64,000 nucleotides of DNA from Acanthaster planci (lineage: Eukaryota). Under the pieces are notes generated by a model. The model was not told the DNA's origin. It saw only the letters and a list, made by a program, of their open reading frames with translations, and ran no database searches. Positions 11,417-24,400 of the stretch are shown here, piece by piece. The position numbers were made by a program, and so were the translations under genes. The stretch lies in NCBI RefSeq assembly GCF_001949145.1, contig NW_019091355.1:680083-744082 (forward strand). Direction: 5' to 3'. Within the stretch, counting starts at the first letter, position 1; every line of letters begins with the position of its first letter.

Positions 11417-14283
11417 ATGGCCAAGAACTTGACCAGCTTCGGTGGGGGTGTTGGCTTCACTGGACCCCACCGTTCCGTCATCGTCTGCTCGCTGTTCGCC
11501 GTGTTAACTTCGTGTCACGCCTTCGATGCCCTGTTCCTGAACAATCCGGCTGCCGTAGGGACGCTCTACGACCGACGGGAGAAGCGAGACGCCCCAATGC
11601 CTAGGCTCCGAGACTTCGAAGGCGAGTTGGACTTTCTTACCTCCTTCGAACTCCAACACGGCGTGGACTTTGCTGCCAACCACACCACGCCCAAGTACAT
11701 GTTGGACCTGTACAGTTCCATAGAGACAGGGCAAAATCTGGTGCATCCCTCGATGGAAGAGAAACGGGCCATCACTGAGTCAGACACCGTACGAGGTTTC
11801 GCTGCAACTGTCGTTGGTAAGTCTTTGTTTTTCTCCGTAAAATCACATTTTCCTGCAATTCTAGTTTAATATCAAACTTTCCAAGCTCCCACAATTGATG
11901 TGTAGAATGACAAGATGAGCGGTGCTTTTCTCATATCTGATCATCATGGTGTATTTTATGCCAAATTATGAACCACCAGTGTGAAATAATGTCTGGATGA
12001 AGTTACATTCGTGCCAGATAAAATGTTTTAATTTCCTTTGAAACATTCACCAAGCACTGTTTTTCCATCCCTTCGTAACCGAGGAGAAATCCGATGTCAA
12101 CATGTCATATTTCATCGTTTTCCCGTGACTGAACTTCACAACTGACGAGGAAATTTCGTGCATGAATGTCTCTCTTTTGGGAAAAAAAATGTCCTCCTGT
12201 ACATCTGCGAGGAATCGCCTAAATTAATGTTGCAATTGAGTTTTGTATGTCACTTCGTTTTGAATGTCAAAATTCATCAAACTTTGATGTTAACTCTCAA
12301 AGAAAAGAACTTTCAAAATCTTTGCTATATGTAATTTCTCAAAGAAAACGGAATCAACCAGTAATATCACCGCCTGACCATTATGTTTTGACCGGTTTCT
12401 GACAGACATTTTATTTTGGTGGGGAAAAGTACTAGGATAGTTTATCGCTTAACAGAAAAGGTAATTATCCTTAGAACTTAAAAGCGATTGTGTTCTCCAC
12501 TTAAGACCTCCACACTTTGATTCAGCAACCTTGTTAGTAACCAAGCTTTTAATTCGAGTTCAAAAACACTTAAATGAAGAACCTACTTCAAGAAAAACTG
12601 CACACTTCAAGAGCAAACTCGAGCGAACCCTCAGCGTAAGGTGAGGATTCGTACGGAATCCTCTTGACTTAATTTTGTTATTCAAACAGCAATTAAGCCG
12701 TCTGCAAACTAGCTGAAGGCCGCCAAACGAGCTTGCTTATAATCGCCATCTAGCTAATTTGTAGCGGGGCAAACGACCCGGCCACTTAAGCTTATTCCCG
12801 GCCCCGTCTTTTCATACTAGCCTTTCTTTATTGTGCTAAGTGAAGTGGCTCACCACAGGAGCTTATGTTGCTGGGACATAGACCTAATTTCCTGGGTGTC
12901 TAAAAGAGATTAACTTGTAAGCTCTTGTAAGCGAAATTTAGAAAATGTCGGCCAGTGGGAAAGTGCATAATGACTATTAACGCCAGCCTGTTATTTGTTT
13001 GAACCTGTACAAAGCCAACTTCGAGTCCTGAAATTGCCCACTTTTGTTTTTCAGAAACGCTGCAAAATATTATATGGAAAATATGACCACGATAATGCTT
13101 AGTTTTTGAACTTATTTGAATGTGACTTTAGATTTATGAAGACTTGATTCAAAAGGGACTTGAAATCGAACACTTAATCTCAAAGTCAGGATACTTGCCG
13201 ACTAGAAATTGTTTAAGTGAGAAATTTATTCCTGAATAATTATTACTTGTTCTCCTAAATTCAGAATCCAACAGCACATCCAGAGCTGACTTTACCAAGG
13301 TGTGGGTCGCTAAATTCCGGGTCACCTCCATCTCAGAGCTGGTGGAACGAGTCCGTCTGGCCGAGCTTCGAATCCTGCTGAACCGTTCCTGGCGCGAGTT
13401 CACCATTCAAGTCGCTGTCCACCACTGGGCACCCACCCCCTGCCCGCACGACCCCACCCTCTTCGAATGCCTCAAGAAGCAGTTGCTGATCTCTGGCCTG
13501 ATCCCGTCGCACCGCCATGACGACTACGACGGGCGAGAAGTGTTCGATGTCACCGAGGGACTGCGACACTGGTTTACCGAGAGCCCGACCTGGCGAGGCG
13601 AGTACGAACTGGAGATACGCACCGTGCACAGCGTCCAGAACCCCGAGGACTTGGCTGTTGAAGACTCGCATGAGGAGTCTTCTTCGTATTCATCCTTGTC
13701 CTCATCTGTAGAAGAAGAACCAACGCTGGATCAGACTGCTTCCAGTTCCATTGCTCTTGAGGACGTGGTGCTGGTGGTGTTCTCCCGAGCTGTGCAACCC
13801 GTCAGCATCACCCACGACGCAGCCGGCTCTGTCAAAGTCCGCACTCCCCGGTCCCCGAGGTCACCCCGCAAAAAGAAGTACAAGAAGCCCACCTCGAGCG
13901 CCAGAGCAGAGCAGGAACGCCTCATTCAAGAGAAACTCCTCCGTGAACTCTTTGCAAGTAAGCATGAGACAGGACCCTGCCGTCGAGTGCCTATGGACGT
14001 GGATTTCTATAACAGCGACTGGGGACGCTGGATCGTCTACCCGAAGCGCTTCAACGCCTATCGCTGTGCCGGGCGGTGTTCCGGACCTTTGGGTTCCAAA
14101 GACAATCCCAGCAACCACGCCATTATGCAAAACATGGTACGTGCTAGCCGGCCAGACCGGGCGCCAGAGCCTTGCTGTATACCCACCAAGCTGTCTCCGT
14201 TGAGCATGATTTACCTGGAAAACGGGAACATCATTATGAAACACCATGAGGACATGATAGTAGAGGAGTGTGGTTGCAGATGA
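11417..14283 (+). CDS. nodal: Nodal (TGF-beta family ligand), 472 aa, two exons
   Basis: Exon 1 is 11417-11816 (GTAAGT donor at 11817) and exon 2 is 13265-14283 (TCAG acceptor), joined by an in-frame phase-1 intron. Hydrophobic signal segment (VIVCSLFAVLTSCHA), prodomain motifs PKYMLDLY and SDTVRGF, and RXXR sites. The mature cystine-knot domain CRRVPMDVDF...WIVYPKRFNAYRCAGRC...PCCIPTKLSPLSMIYLENGNIIMKHHEDMIVEECGCR has the Nodal-typical NAYRC and HHEDMIVEECGC. Confidence 0.9.
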
Positions 14284-14517
14284 ACTCGGACTTTAGAAGA
14301 TCTTTTTGAACTTTTAGATGTTCTTTCATCTGATAGTGAGAAAAATGCGTTGCTAATGATCTGAGACTTTACCTGATCTTGTCAATCTTTAATCGACGAA
14401 TGATTTTAAGCTATTAAAAGAACTTAAAACCAAAACTCTTCTTCACAAAAGCTTACCTCATAAAATGCTTTTATCTTTTTAAGTAACATTTGCATGAATT
14501 TAAATTGACTATGTTGT

Positions 14518-14523
14518 AATAAA
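14518..14523 (+). terminator. Candidate nodal polyadenylation signal
   Basis: First AATAAA after the stop codon in an AU-rich 3' UTR. Further AATAAA sites occur near 14886 and 15031. Confidence 0.4.
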
Positions 14524-17500
14524 CATCATTTGTGTCTATTTACATTTACACGAAAAATATCCAACCTTTTTAAAGAATTTCCTTTCAGAAAGGTAAACCT
14601 ACTCACTCCAAGAAACAGACGAGAGAAATCTAACAACTTCACATTTCAAATTCTTGACTTTGGTGACCACTGTAATATTCTTTATCAAATCAAAACATGA
14701 CGTGGGGTTTAAATCTCTAATTGATTCGTTCAAATTATTAAAAAAAGTGAATATAACCTGTGGACACAATTTACCAATCTTTTAAAACTTCTTTGGAAAA
14801 ATTCAGTGATAGGCTAATTAAATTCCAGTAAGCACAAATACCTGTATTGGGAATTTTGATTATGAGTATCACATTATTTGAAATCAATAAAACGTAATGA
14901 TGGCATTTTGATGATAAAATCAACAACAATAAGATAAATTCAATTCTCTGAAATGAAAATTGAAACACAAATTATAAATATGAAAAACGAATGCTATGCA
15001 TTTTAAAAGTCATTTTTTAATTATATTAAAAAATAAACCTCGTATGTTTTCGCAGAAATGCCTTCCAAATTAATTGAATTTTGATCAGTTTCTTACTTTT
15101 ACCAATCAAAAACTTAAACATTTTGTACAAATTGTAAAATACAGAAAAGAAATTATGTACGATTTAATGACAGTGATTTAATCCTTGTAAAGATTGAACT
15201 CATCACTGTAAATAAATAATCAAAATTTGAAAGTTGAACGTAAGAACGTTCAGTTGTCATGCTTTAGTTGTTTTTACATCGCAACTCCAAATTATGCCTT
15301 GAGAGTGTTGGTGAGATTGTAAAGACAAGGAAACTTGTTATCGAAAAAAAATGTATCCAGTATCAAACCAGGTATCAGCAATCACTAGTGCCTTTGATAA
15401 ATGGGTTTCTTTACGTGGGCTCGAGGACATCTCTTGGCTACTGCTGGAAATTGCGGTCCTATGGTGGTGGCTGCGGCAGTTCCCATTATGGCGTGTGTAA
15501 ATTCGGCCGTGCGTAGCCATGTGATTTGGACACGGCCATAGATTCATGGAAAGTTATCAAAATGGCTTCCATGTGAATTAGTTCTGTGAATCCTGACAGA
15601 GGGCGACATTTTCTATAGTTGGTAAGCATGTTGGCAAGTGGTTGTGTCGCCTCATTACTGAGTCAGTTCTGACAACAGAGGGCGAAATTTACACTTGCAA
15701 CATTTTTTGTCGCTTGAAAACTTTGAGACCGAAAGTACTTATCGGGAATGACAATTAAAAAAATTCTGAGTTTAAGCGTGCCTAGCTCTTCACAGAGTCA
15801 GTAGTTTTATAAAATAAATGCTACTCAATATGACCAAAATGACTGAAAGATTACAAGGACTTTAATGTGAAAGAATAAGCAATAGTCCAGCTAAATAATT
15901 TTACAACTAAAGACTAAATCTGTTCACAGAATTTGTTGGATGCATGTTTCCCTGAGGTTCGCGTTGCTATGGCTCTAACATTAATACGGGCTGGTACGAT
16001 TCCCTAATTTCTTTTACGCCAACAATTTGTGATTGAATCGTACAGATGCAGTCAAGGTAAAAATTAAAAAATCGTTCCCATGGTATTAGTCGACTGTTCT
16101 TGAGGGGCAGAGCCGCAAGCTTAGCCGCGAAATTCAGTCAGCCGCGCCGTGTGTCTCTCCGATCGAGTCGTGCTATCAATTTTCCCAATCGGCCGTGGGT
16201 CTCGCCGTGGCGAGTTAGCCTTCCAATTATCCATCTGGAGGGGGATCTCCACTCAAGGACATCACAGTTTCATCAAATACAGACACATATCAGGGAACAA
16301 AAATTGTTCTTAGAGGTTAAATCTAAAGGTCATGACCTTTATCAAACTGAATATACATCCATTCTGTCTTCATAAATCGAAAGTTACAGAGATGTAAAAA
16401 TGGATACGGTAAAACTAAATCAAATTTGAGTGAAATCAAATGAGAGGATGCTAATGGACTGGGATTTGATGAGCACAGCATGCTACGAGCTAGGATGACG
16501 ATGAAGTAACCTGCAGATTAAAATAAATGACTGATTTTTAAAGCTAGACTCATGGCATCTGTGGGGCTGCCATTAACAAATGACATGATCCGTTTCATTG
16601 GTTGCCCAGAAGGGTTGAAAAAGGGGCGGGGCATGCCATGATAGGAGGGGGAACACAATCACGCATTTAATTTTAAAAATGAGACATCTTTTTTCATGAT
16701 ACAATGTTAAATTTGAGAAGAACAAGTAAGTTTGAAAGTATTCAAAGAGGAGTGAACTTGCAACTCTGTTATCAACACTCCCTCATTTTGCAGACCGTCT
16801 CCTCATACTTTCTTTTTAAGATTACTTTGAAAAGTACTCTTATTTTGTCAAAACCAAACATTTATGGATAAATTATCCTCATAGAAAGATCAAAATTTGG
16901 TCTCTGGGATTGAGGTTGTTTGGAGCATTCAGTAACCTCCTGAAGAGTGTCAAGGGTCATTTTATATCCTGCTTTTCAGCGTTTGAGGGTGGAATTAAAA
17001 CAAAAGGTTAACTTAAATATATGGCAGGTAGCGTAGCGTTTCTTTTGTCTATCAAAAATGCGAGCGCTGCAAAGAGGAAAAAGGTCATAAAGCGACTGAC
17101 ATCAATATAACATCCGCGCAAGATTAAGCGGAGAAAAGATTATCGACTAATATGGAGGAGGAAAAGATGTCCATCAGAAAAGTATGCCGGGAAAAATGTA
17201 CATAAGGCATATTAATGTCATTCTCCCTAAAATGACATCAAAGCAATAGCGCCCTCATTTGTAAGGGAAGCTACAGAAAATATTCAAAAGTTTCGTTGGA
17301 ATAGCTGAAATTTACATCAGCATGCAATAAGAAGGTAAATATGTATTACGAACAAAATTATGCAGGACAAACAAAATTGGTCTGGCTGAATTAATGGCGG
17401 ATCAGACACCCACAATGGCATTACGGGACTCCACACTTGCATCTTTGAGTAACACTGGTTTGAGCTGTAAAAGTCGTATTTACTAAAAAAATATCGACCT

Positions 17501-18209
17501 GCCAGTTGCTTCTAACTACAGTCTAGATTCAGTTTGAGCAATAAATTATTGATGATTGCTTTTGCTGCACGCTTCAATGTCACGCGGAATGTCTAAAATC
17601 AGGCGTGTCTGATTAATTCCAATGCTCGTGCGGCTTTTAAAAATGTCAAATACATCAAATAATTCATCTTAATTTCCTAGGTGCACTCGCACGAACGCTG
17701 CGTTTATGTAGCGTGTGTTATTGGTAATCATTAACTTTATCTTATTTACTTGTGTTTCGTATGCACGGGGCAAATGCACTTTTTGAAGGGATTCGTCACT
17801 TAAAAACAGAAAGGATTGGTGAGTGAAGATTTTTTTCTGGTATAATAGTGGATGATCGAGGACATTCCAAAGCTAATTACGACTTTGGTAACTTGATTTT
17901 TGTAATGATTTTCAACTTCTCAACAACTGAGGGCACTCCAAGAATACATTCCCTTGATAAAACAAATTTAACCTCCTAGTAATTAGCAATCACGATAGTG
18001 TCAAGACCTTATCATTGGAAAAACATAAGCTGGCTACTGAAAACATCACAGAAACAAATCACATTTCCACGAAAACCAAACTGAACTTGGCAAGATGTCC
18101 GTGCCAACTGCCAGAATTATTATGTAAACGTACAAGCCCACGATTCGATCTTACATCAACACCATGGGAACCTTCAGATTAGTAATTAAAAAAACCAAAC
18201 AAGGTGACG

Positions 18210-18480
18210 TGCCGTTAGACGGGTCCATCGTGGAGAAGACACTTGGATTGGTGAATGGAATGTCGTAGGTTCACATCCTGTCCAAGGTGCACTCTAGGGG
18301 TGGGGGGGAGGGCTTGATCTCCCCCGGGGGATTAAATCCCTATCCCCTATTGCGGTACGACAGGGTGTCTTGACCACCATGAGCAACATGTATTTGGGGG
18401 TGATATTCCGGTTCAAGTTCCCCGACATATCTAAGTTCACCACTGTGCTACGTGTGAATACTTGCCTTAACGCTTTGTGA
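18210..18480 (+). mobile_element. Degenerate tRNA-derived SINE-like fragment
   Basis: B-box-like GGTTCACATCC near 18268-18278 after a decayed A-box-like segment, followed by a GC-richer body. Boundaries are approximate. Confidence 0.3.
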
Positions 18481-21400
18481 TACAGAACTGATGAAAGGGG
18501 GAATTAGCCGTCATCAAACAATTTTTCTCAGCTCAGATAGTGGAAAGAAAGTTTGATTTGTATTTAGTTCTCCCGACTGAAAACGAAATACTCAGGTGCT
18601 GCAACACGAACCTGAAAACGAGACGGTACAAAAAAGAACCTCCACCTCTTGACTACACACTTTGATTATCGGCTGCTCGCACGGTATTTACTTTGATCTT
18701 CTGTTCCCTCTGCAATTGTGAAATGAAAACACTCCTCCATGACAGACGGTGTTACTTAACTCATGAAGCAGCCAGGCTTGAACGATCCAAAGACCCTGAC
18801 ACCTCAGAACAGTGAAGTGCAATGCAGTCGTTCGTCCCATGAACGCTGGCAACGATACACGCAGAGAAACTCAACAGCTGTGGTATTTACCTTACTAATT
18901 GGATGGGGTCCGAATTCACACCTGTTCATTTCCCCCATATCGCCGCACTGGTGCATTGTTTTCGCCGACGTTAGTGACATCACGTTATTATGTCGTTTCA
19001 ACCTTTCAACTCAAATTTCTCCAAATTCTGATGAGCCGTTTGCGATGTGGTTTTGAAAGTCAGTCTATTTCACTTGCTTTGCGCCAATATATAGGCCCAC
19101 GAAGCTTGCACTTAAAAAAACATTTGGGTGGCAGTGTATATTAAATATTGTACACAGAACAACGGAGAAAGTAATTATGAGCCATTCATCTTTCTTTTTA
19201 TTGATTAAATGTCGTACATGCATGATTCCAGCAATTATACATTATGTAAACAATAGGAATACATGTAGGCCTGTGTCCATTGTCGAAAATCAGGCCAAAT
19301 TTCCACCTTTCTGAATGCCAACAAAATGACTCGTACAAATTTTCATGACTTATTCTTTGTTTTGGATGGAGTAGACCATGCTACCACTGATTTTAGGGAC
19401 GGTCCAGGCAACTTTAGAGAAGCAGCCCGGAGAAATATTTCAACCTGTGGTCACGGACCTGCTGATCAATCGTCGTTGGTTTCCATAACCCTCCAGCGTG
19501 CTCTGCTTCCCTAATAGTCATTTATTTCTAGCCGTACTGACCTGGTGTCTACGATAGCTGTGATGAAGGAGACACCACGCGTCGCGTGCCGGGTTTACGT
19601 GCGCGGTACCGAATCTGTGCACGTAATACGCTCGGAGATAAAGCTTTTTCCTATGGGGGCCCACTGGCCCATCCTTCATAAGGTGTCTCTTTCGTAGTGG
19701 TACTTCACTGGACTTTTTTTTGTCAAGGGATAGTCTGTACCCGTACGATCATTTATTTCTAGGAAATTTCAAACAAGGCCCATCCGGCGGCTGCAGCAGC
19801 AAAAACAGTCTTACGGCAAAGCTAGGGAATGGATTTCTGGACTTCAAGTCGGAAGAGCTTTCACGAAGTTTTATTTTTCAGTATTTGGAGTTACAACTTC
19901 AACAACAATCTTATCAGGGGCGACGAAAGCTAGAACTAGCGGGCCACATTTTTAGATCGGTAAGTACTTTATTTATTCAATTCACTACCGGTTTTATGTT
20001 TCTGTTAGTTATTTTCTGTATTCCAATTCAGTCAAATTTTTTACTATGGGTGGGTATGTGATGTCGAACTGTAAATTCCCTTTTTTGCTTTTAAAACTGA
20101 CAAGGACGAAGCATGTTTGGAAACAAAATATTTGATTAACTGATTTTGTTTTTTCTAAATTTAGAATTCAGTTCATGCCTTAGAATCTTCGCTATTTTGA
20201 ATTTATTTTCGGGCAAACAAGCCTAACTTTTTTAAAGGATGGTTTTCCTGGGGACACGTTGGAGTGATTTAAAAAAAAGAGCATCAACTAATTTTTATTC
20301 AACTGGAAGTTAACTTGGACGTTTCAATAAGCGTCGTCTGAGAAAATATAAAATACATTCTATAAGATTCCAAGCACCCTTCCATGTTTCTTGGACTGTG
20401 GAGGGCATACGACGTATTTGCTTGAAATTCTGCACTAATAACAAAACATCACAAAGTGACAAACAGGTGCACATTTCGGATACGATAGCAAGTCAAACTG
20501 TTTATTGGTCTGTAATTAGATTACCACAAACTGGGCGGCTGCGTCGGATGTTATCGGGCAAAACAGACGGTGTACCGAGCTACAGAAAGGCAGTTGCGCA
20601 CGTCTCAAAAGGGGTGTGGTGGTATGTCACGTCATATCTTCTTTAAAATGGATAATATGGCCGTACGCACTAAATTGGATAATCTTTTAATCCTCCTGGC
20701 AGGGGCAGGAAATTTCCTTAAGTTGACTCCGAAATAATTGATACTTAACTACGAGCGCCGATTACCAAAGCGCGTATTGTGTTAATGAAGCAATGAAATT
20801 AAAATTGGGTTTCAAAAAGGTAAGCCCTGATAAAATAACCTCTATACTGGTCTGCATTCATGCTTAAAACTTAATTGCAGCTTATAAGCTGATGATGCTA
20901 ATAAGAGATATTTTTTGGAATACCCACAGTCTTTTTCTCTTTTAATTTATCATCAATATTTGATGCATTAATTTGACCAGTTCATTATTAGCATAAAAAT
21001 TGCTACAGTTTTTTTTACCAGATTTTAAGTTTCCAAAATTTAGGAAGTGCTCAGTAGGGAAAGAATAATGGCCAATTACAAAGTGGGCAGGGGAAATGCT
21101 CTGGCTTGGCCCATCTAGCGGTACTATTGGACGATTGTTTCTGCAGTTCAATTAATTAGATTAAAGAAAGATTTATTTTCCACTGGCAATGAAAACAATG
21201 ATTCTACAAGGCGGTAATTAAAACTTGGAAGGAAGAGGATATGAAAAAGGGGGAACATTTTCGGTTTTAAGTGGTAGAAACTGCTGTATGATATTCCAGG
21301 GATGCAGGAATCTATACTTATGAAACCAGTCCACTTATTTATGGGCCTGTTAACGGGATTTGACAAACCTGATTGAAATGCGACTGCTTACACGAGGCTT

Positions 21401-24400
21401 TTCAGTGTATAAAAAATAAGGGAATATAATAGAAAAAAGCTATACTTTTATAAAAAAAAAATAAGTAAGATACACCTACACAATTAAATTTATTGCAACA
21501 AGTTCAATTATTTTTAGTATCAGTTTTGTTTTTCACTGAAGTCGAGAGCACTCTGACAACTTGTGGCAAAAACTGACAAACCTACTCGGGTGAGACTCGA
21601 AAATACGACTCTCACTTGACAAGTGCTTGTACAAGCACAGACGCCCACGTTATCAGCGAGCTTACCAGTAACATATATGTCACATAGGCGCACATAATCT
21701 ACGTACCTGAAGCCTTCAAATTATATTTCAAAGGGAGGTACGTTTGCCAAAACAAATTGTGTAACGGTGCTGGGATAGCAGTTGTTATTTTGCTAGCAGT
21801 TGCCACCTGACTTGTGTATAACCAACGAACGTGTCCCTTTAAACAAGTGCTAGCTTTAGTTAGCGCACAATTTGGTATTTCACGAGTAGGCGCCATCGTC
21901 GCTGTATCAAATCAGCCAGAACTCGATCATACATGATCGCTCGGGTGTTGCTGGGATTATCGTTCCAAGCTGTTCTAGCTGATAATGTCTCGCACGCACA
22001 CCATCATCACTAAACTTAGCAGATATCCCCTGGGAAAAGTACTTATGAATAAAGAAAATAGGAGAATGTATTTATCTCAACATTCGCTCAGTGCATCGAG
22101 TGAATGTTATCATATAAGAGATCTTTATTTAATATGGCCAAACGAAAGATTCGGTTTCCAGTTGGGATCATGCATATAACATGTTCCCACAGACCCTCTC
22201 TGCGTTATCACGGCTATACAGGCTTGTCTTTGAGCATAATCCAACCCGATATCTATTCTAATGACACAACTCTTTGATGTCGCCCGTTTATGACAATTCC
22301 ACTTTACGAACACGACCCTTCGAGCGACTGGTCCTCTGATTCCTTGAAATTTCTTCTTCTTCACATATTAATAGGACTGCAAATATTTTCGGAGCTGTAA
22401 GACATTTTTGACAAGCAAACTGCAATAAATGAATGAATAATTCATTCATTATTTTGTAATCTGGGAAAAGGAGTCAAACATTAAAGAAACATCAAATCCA
22501 AATACAAAAGGAGAGCCACTGAATCAAAGAATTTTTGGACCAAATTCAGAATGTTAGCATTGGAATCAGTTTGCTCAATATTAAGTATCTTAATTGGTAA
22601 TAAAGTCGCTTTGATGTGTATAGTTAGAGTACAAGTTTATGTAAGCAATGAATGATAAAAACTCGATAAAGTCACGGTTGAAAACAAATACAAAACACGC
22701 TGCCTTAAATAATAGTCATCACATTTGTTTCCTTCGAAAGCCAAAAAGCAACCCCTAAGAAGACGTATAAATCATGACTTCTAAGTTCTAGGGCAGCTCA
22801 ATGATTTATTCATCCGTCCCAGACGTGATTACGTGTGAAATGAAAAGCTAATATTTAGCTAAACTCGGAGGGACCGTTGCTCGCCAGCAGAGTAGCTAGC
22901 AATGCGTGGCGTGTTAGGCCTGTTTTGATAGCACTAATCACTCTGGTCTCCACCGAGAGAGTCATTCATGTCGTACTTCTGGTTCCTGTTGATCTGCCCT
23001 TTTTGGAGTAGGATTATTCAGATGTGACTTGGGAATCGTGGATTTGTAAGGGGGGCATCTCAACTAGAGTTGTTTTCTGCTGGGTGCGGAATTGAATCCT
23101 CCGATCACCAAAGTGTGAATGTTCCCACCAGTGCCTGTCAGGGCGGTTTCAGTTTCCGCCCGGAAAATCCCCCCGGTTTCTCTCAAAATCACATTTCCTT
23201 CCTAGTTATCTCTCAAAGGGCAGCCAGAAAGCACTCTCATTGTCCTTTTGTTGCTTCAGAGTAGATCGAGACGTTGCTTCTCGGAAAGGTAAACAAAGCT
23301 GAAAAGGCACCAAGTCCTCCGAGGTAGACAATCAAAAATTTACAAAATTACAGATGGCCCTATGCAGAAGAACTGATATCAAATATTCACCAATAGAGGC
23401 TTTTCATGGTAGCCATCCTGCAGGGCAGTTGTTTTGTTCTACAGGGAAACCTCTATTGTGCATACCCTCTGGAACAAAAGCGCTGGCCTGCAAAATGACA
23501 GCCACGCAAAACCTCTGTAGGAAATTTAATGTTATTGCCATATCGGTTGAATTTATAGAGCTATTTTCCGCCTCCTCAAAGCATCAAACCACATTCAATT
23601 AATGACGAAAAGATATTTCACAGGGAGATAGCGGTATGTCATTGTTGTAAAGTGGCTTGCTTACGGACACAGTGAACTTGCGTGTGTAGAAATCTGTGTT
23701 AGCAACCCTGCTAAACACCAAACAGGCAGATTCAGAGGAAAAAGATCAATTAAACCTCGAAATCAGAATGACGTATATGCACAGAAAATATTTTATTGAC
23801 ATGGAAGAAGAAAGAAGGAGTTATAAGTTTATCATGTCTTTATACAAAGCAAAAATGTTTCGAACGAGGCGTATCAAAAACAGCAATCGTTTATCTTTGT
23901 GGATATGCATTATAAATGATTTCATAAATACGTTCTTGAGAAGGCAAGGAAAAACGTCTCCAAGATACAAAGACCTGAGGATGGGCTTTTCAAGAGTGCA
24001 TCCCAGCCAATTCACCGTCACCTTAGAGACAAATCTCCCAGGGGGGACGCAGAGAAAGGCTGTATATGTACTCCGTCCAAACAATACAAAACGAAGAAGG
24101 GTGAGCTAAGGCAACGAATCAATATGTGCATGATTGTAGGTGCAGGAAGGTGAAAAATGTTGGGCCAGACAGGGACAGGCTCGACCGCTGACAAACAGAA
24201 AAGAGTTCGGCTATTAATTATGCCGAGAAAAACAGGGTTCACAGAGTAGACGACTGATTCATTTTTCTTTTGGCGTGTTACTAGTGCGGGCAAAAACTGA
24301 GTAATTTGGTCGTAGCAATTTAGAATAAGCTGTGCTTTAGTCATGGAATTTCGGGTAGTCATATCACACGTGAGAAAGAACATGCCAGTAAAAAAGGAAA

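Noticed and set aside
11817..13264. FoxH1-type (AATCCACA/AATACACA) autoregulatory enhancer in the nodal intron
   Set aside because: I found no such motif in the intron by eye. The copies in the window lie far away or inside a SINE.
13333..14247. Alternative-frame and antisense ORFs over nodal exon 2
   Set aside because: Shadow ORFs of GC-rich coding sequence with no protein-like features.
19028..19060. Hammerhead ribozyme at CTGATGAG...GAAA
   Set aside because: Stem II does not close adjacent to GAAA, and no stems I or III were found.
23696..24109. 137-aa ORF in the desert
   Set aside because: Non-ATG start, AT-rich, no recognisable motif and no supporting splice structure.
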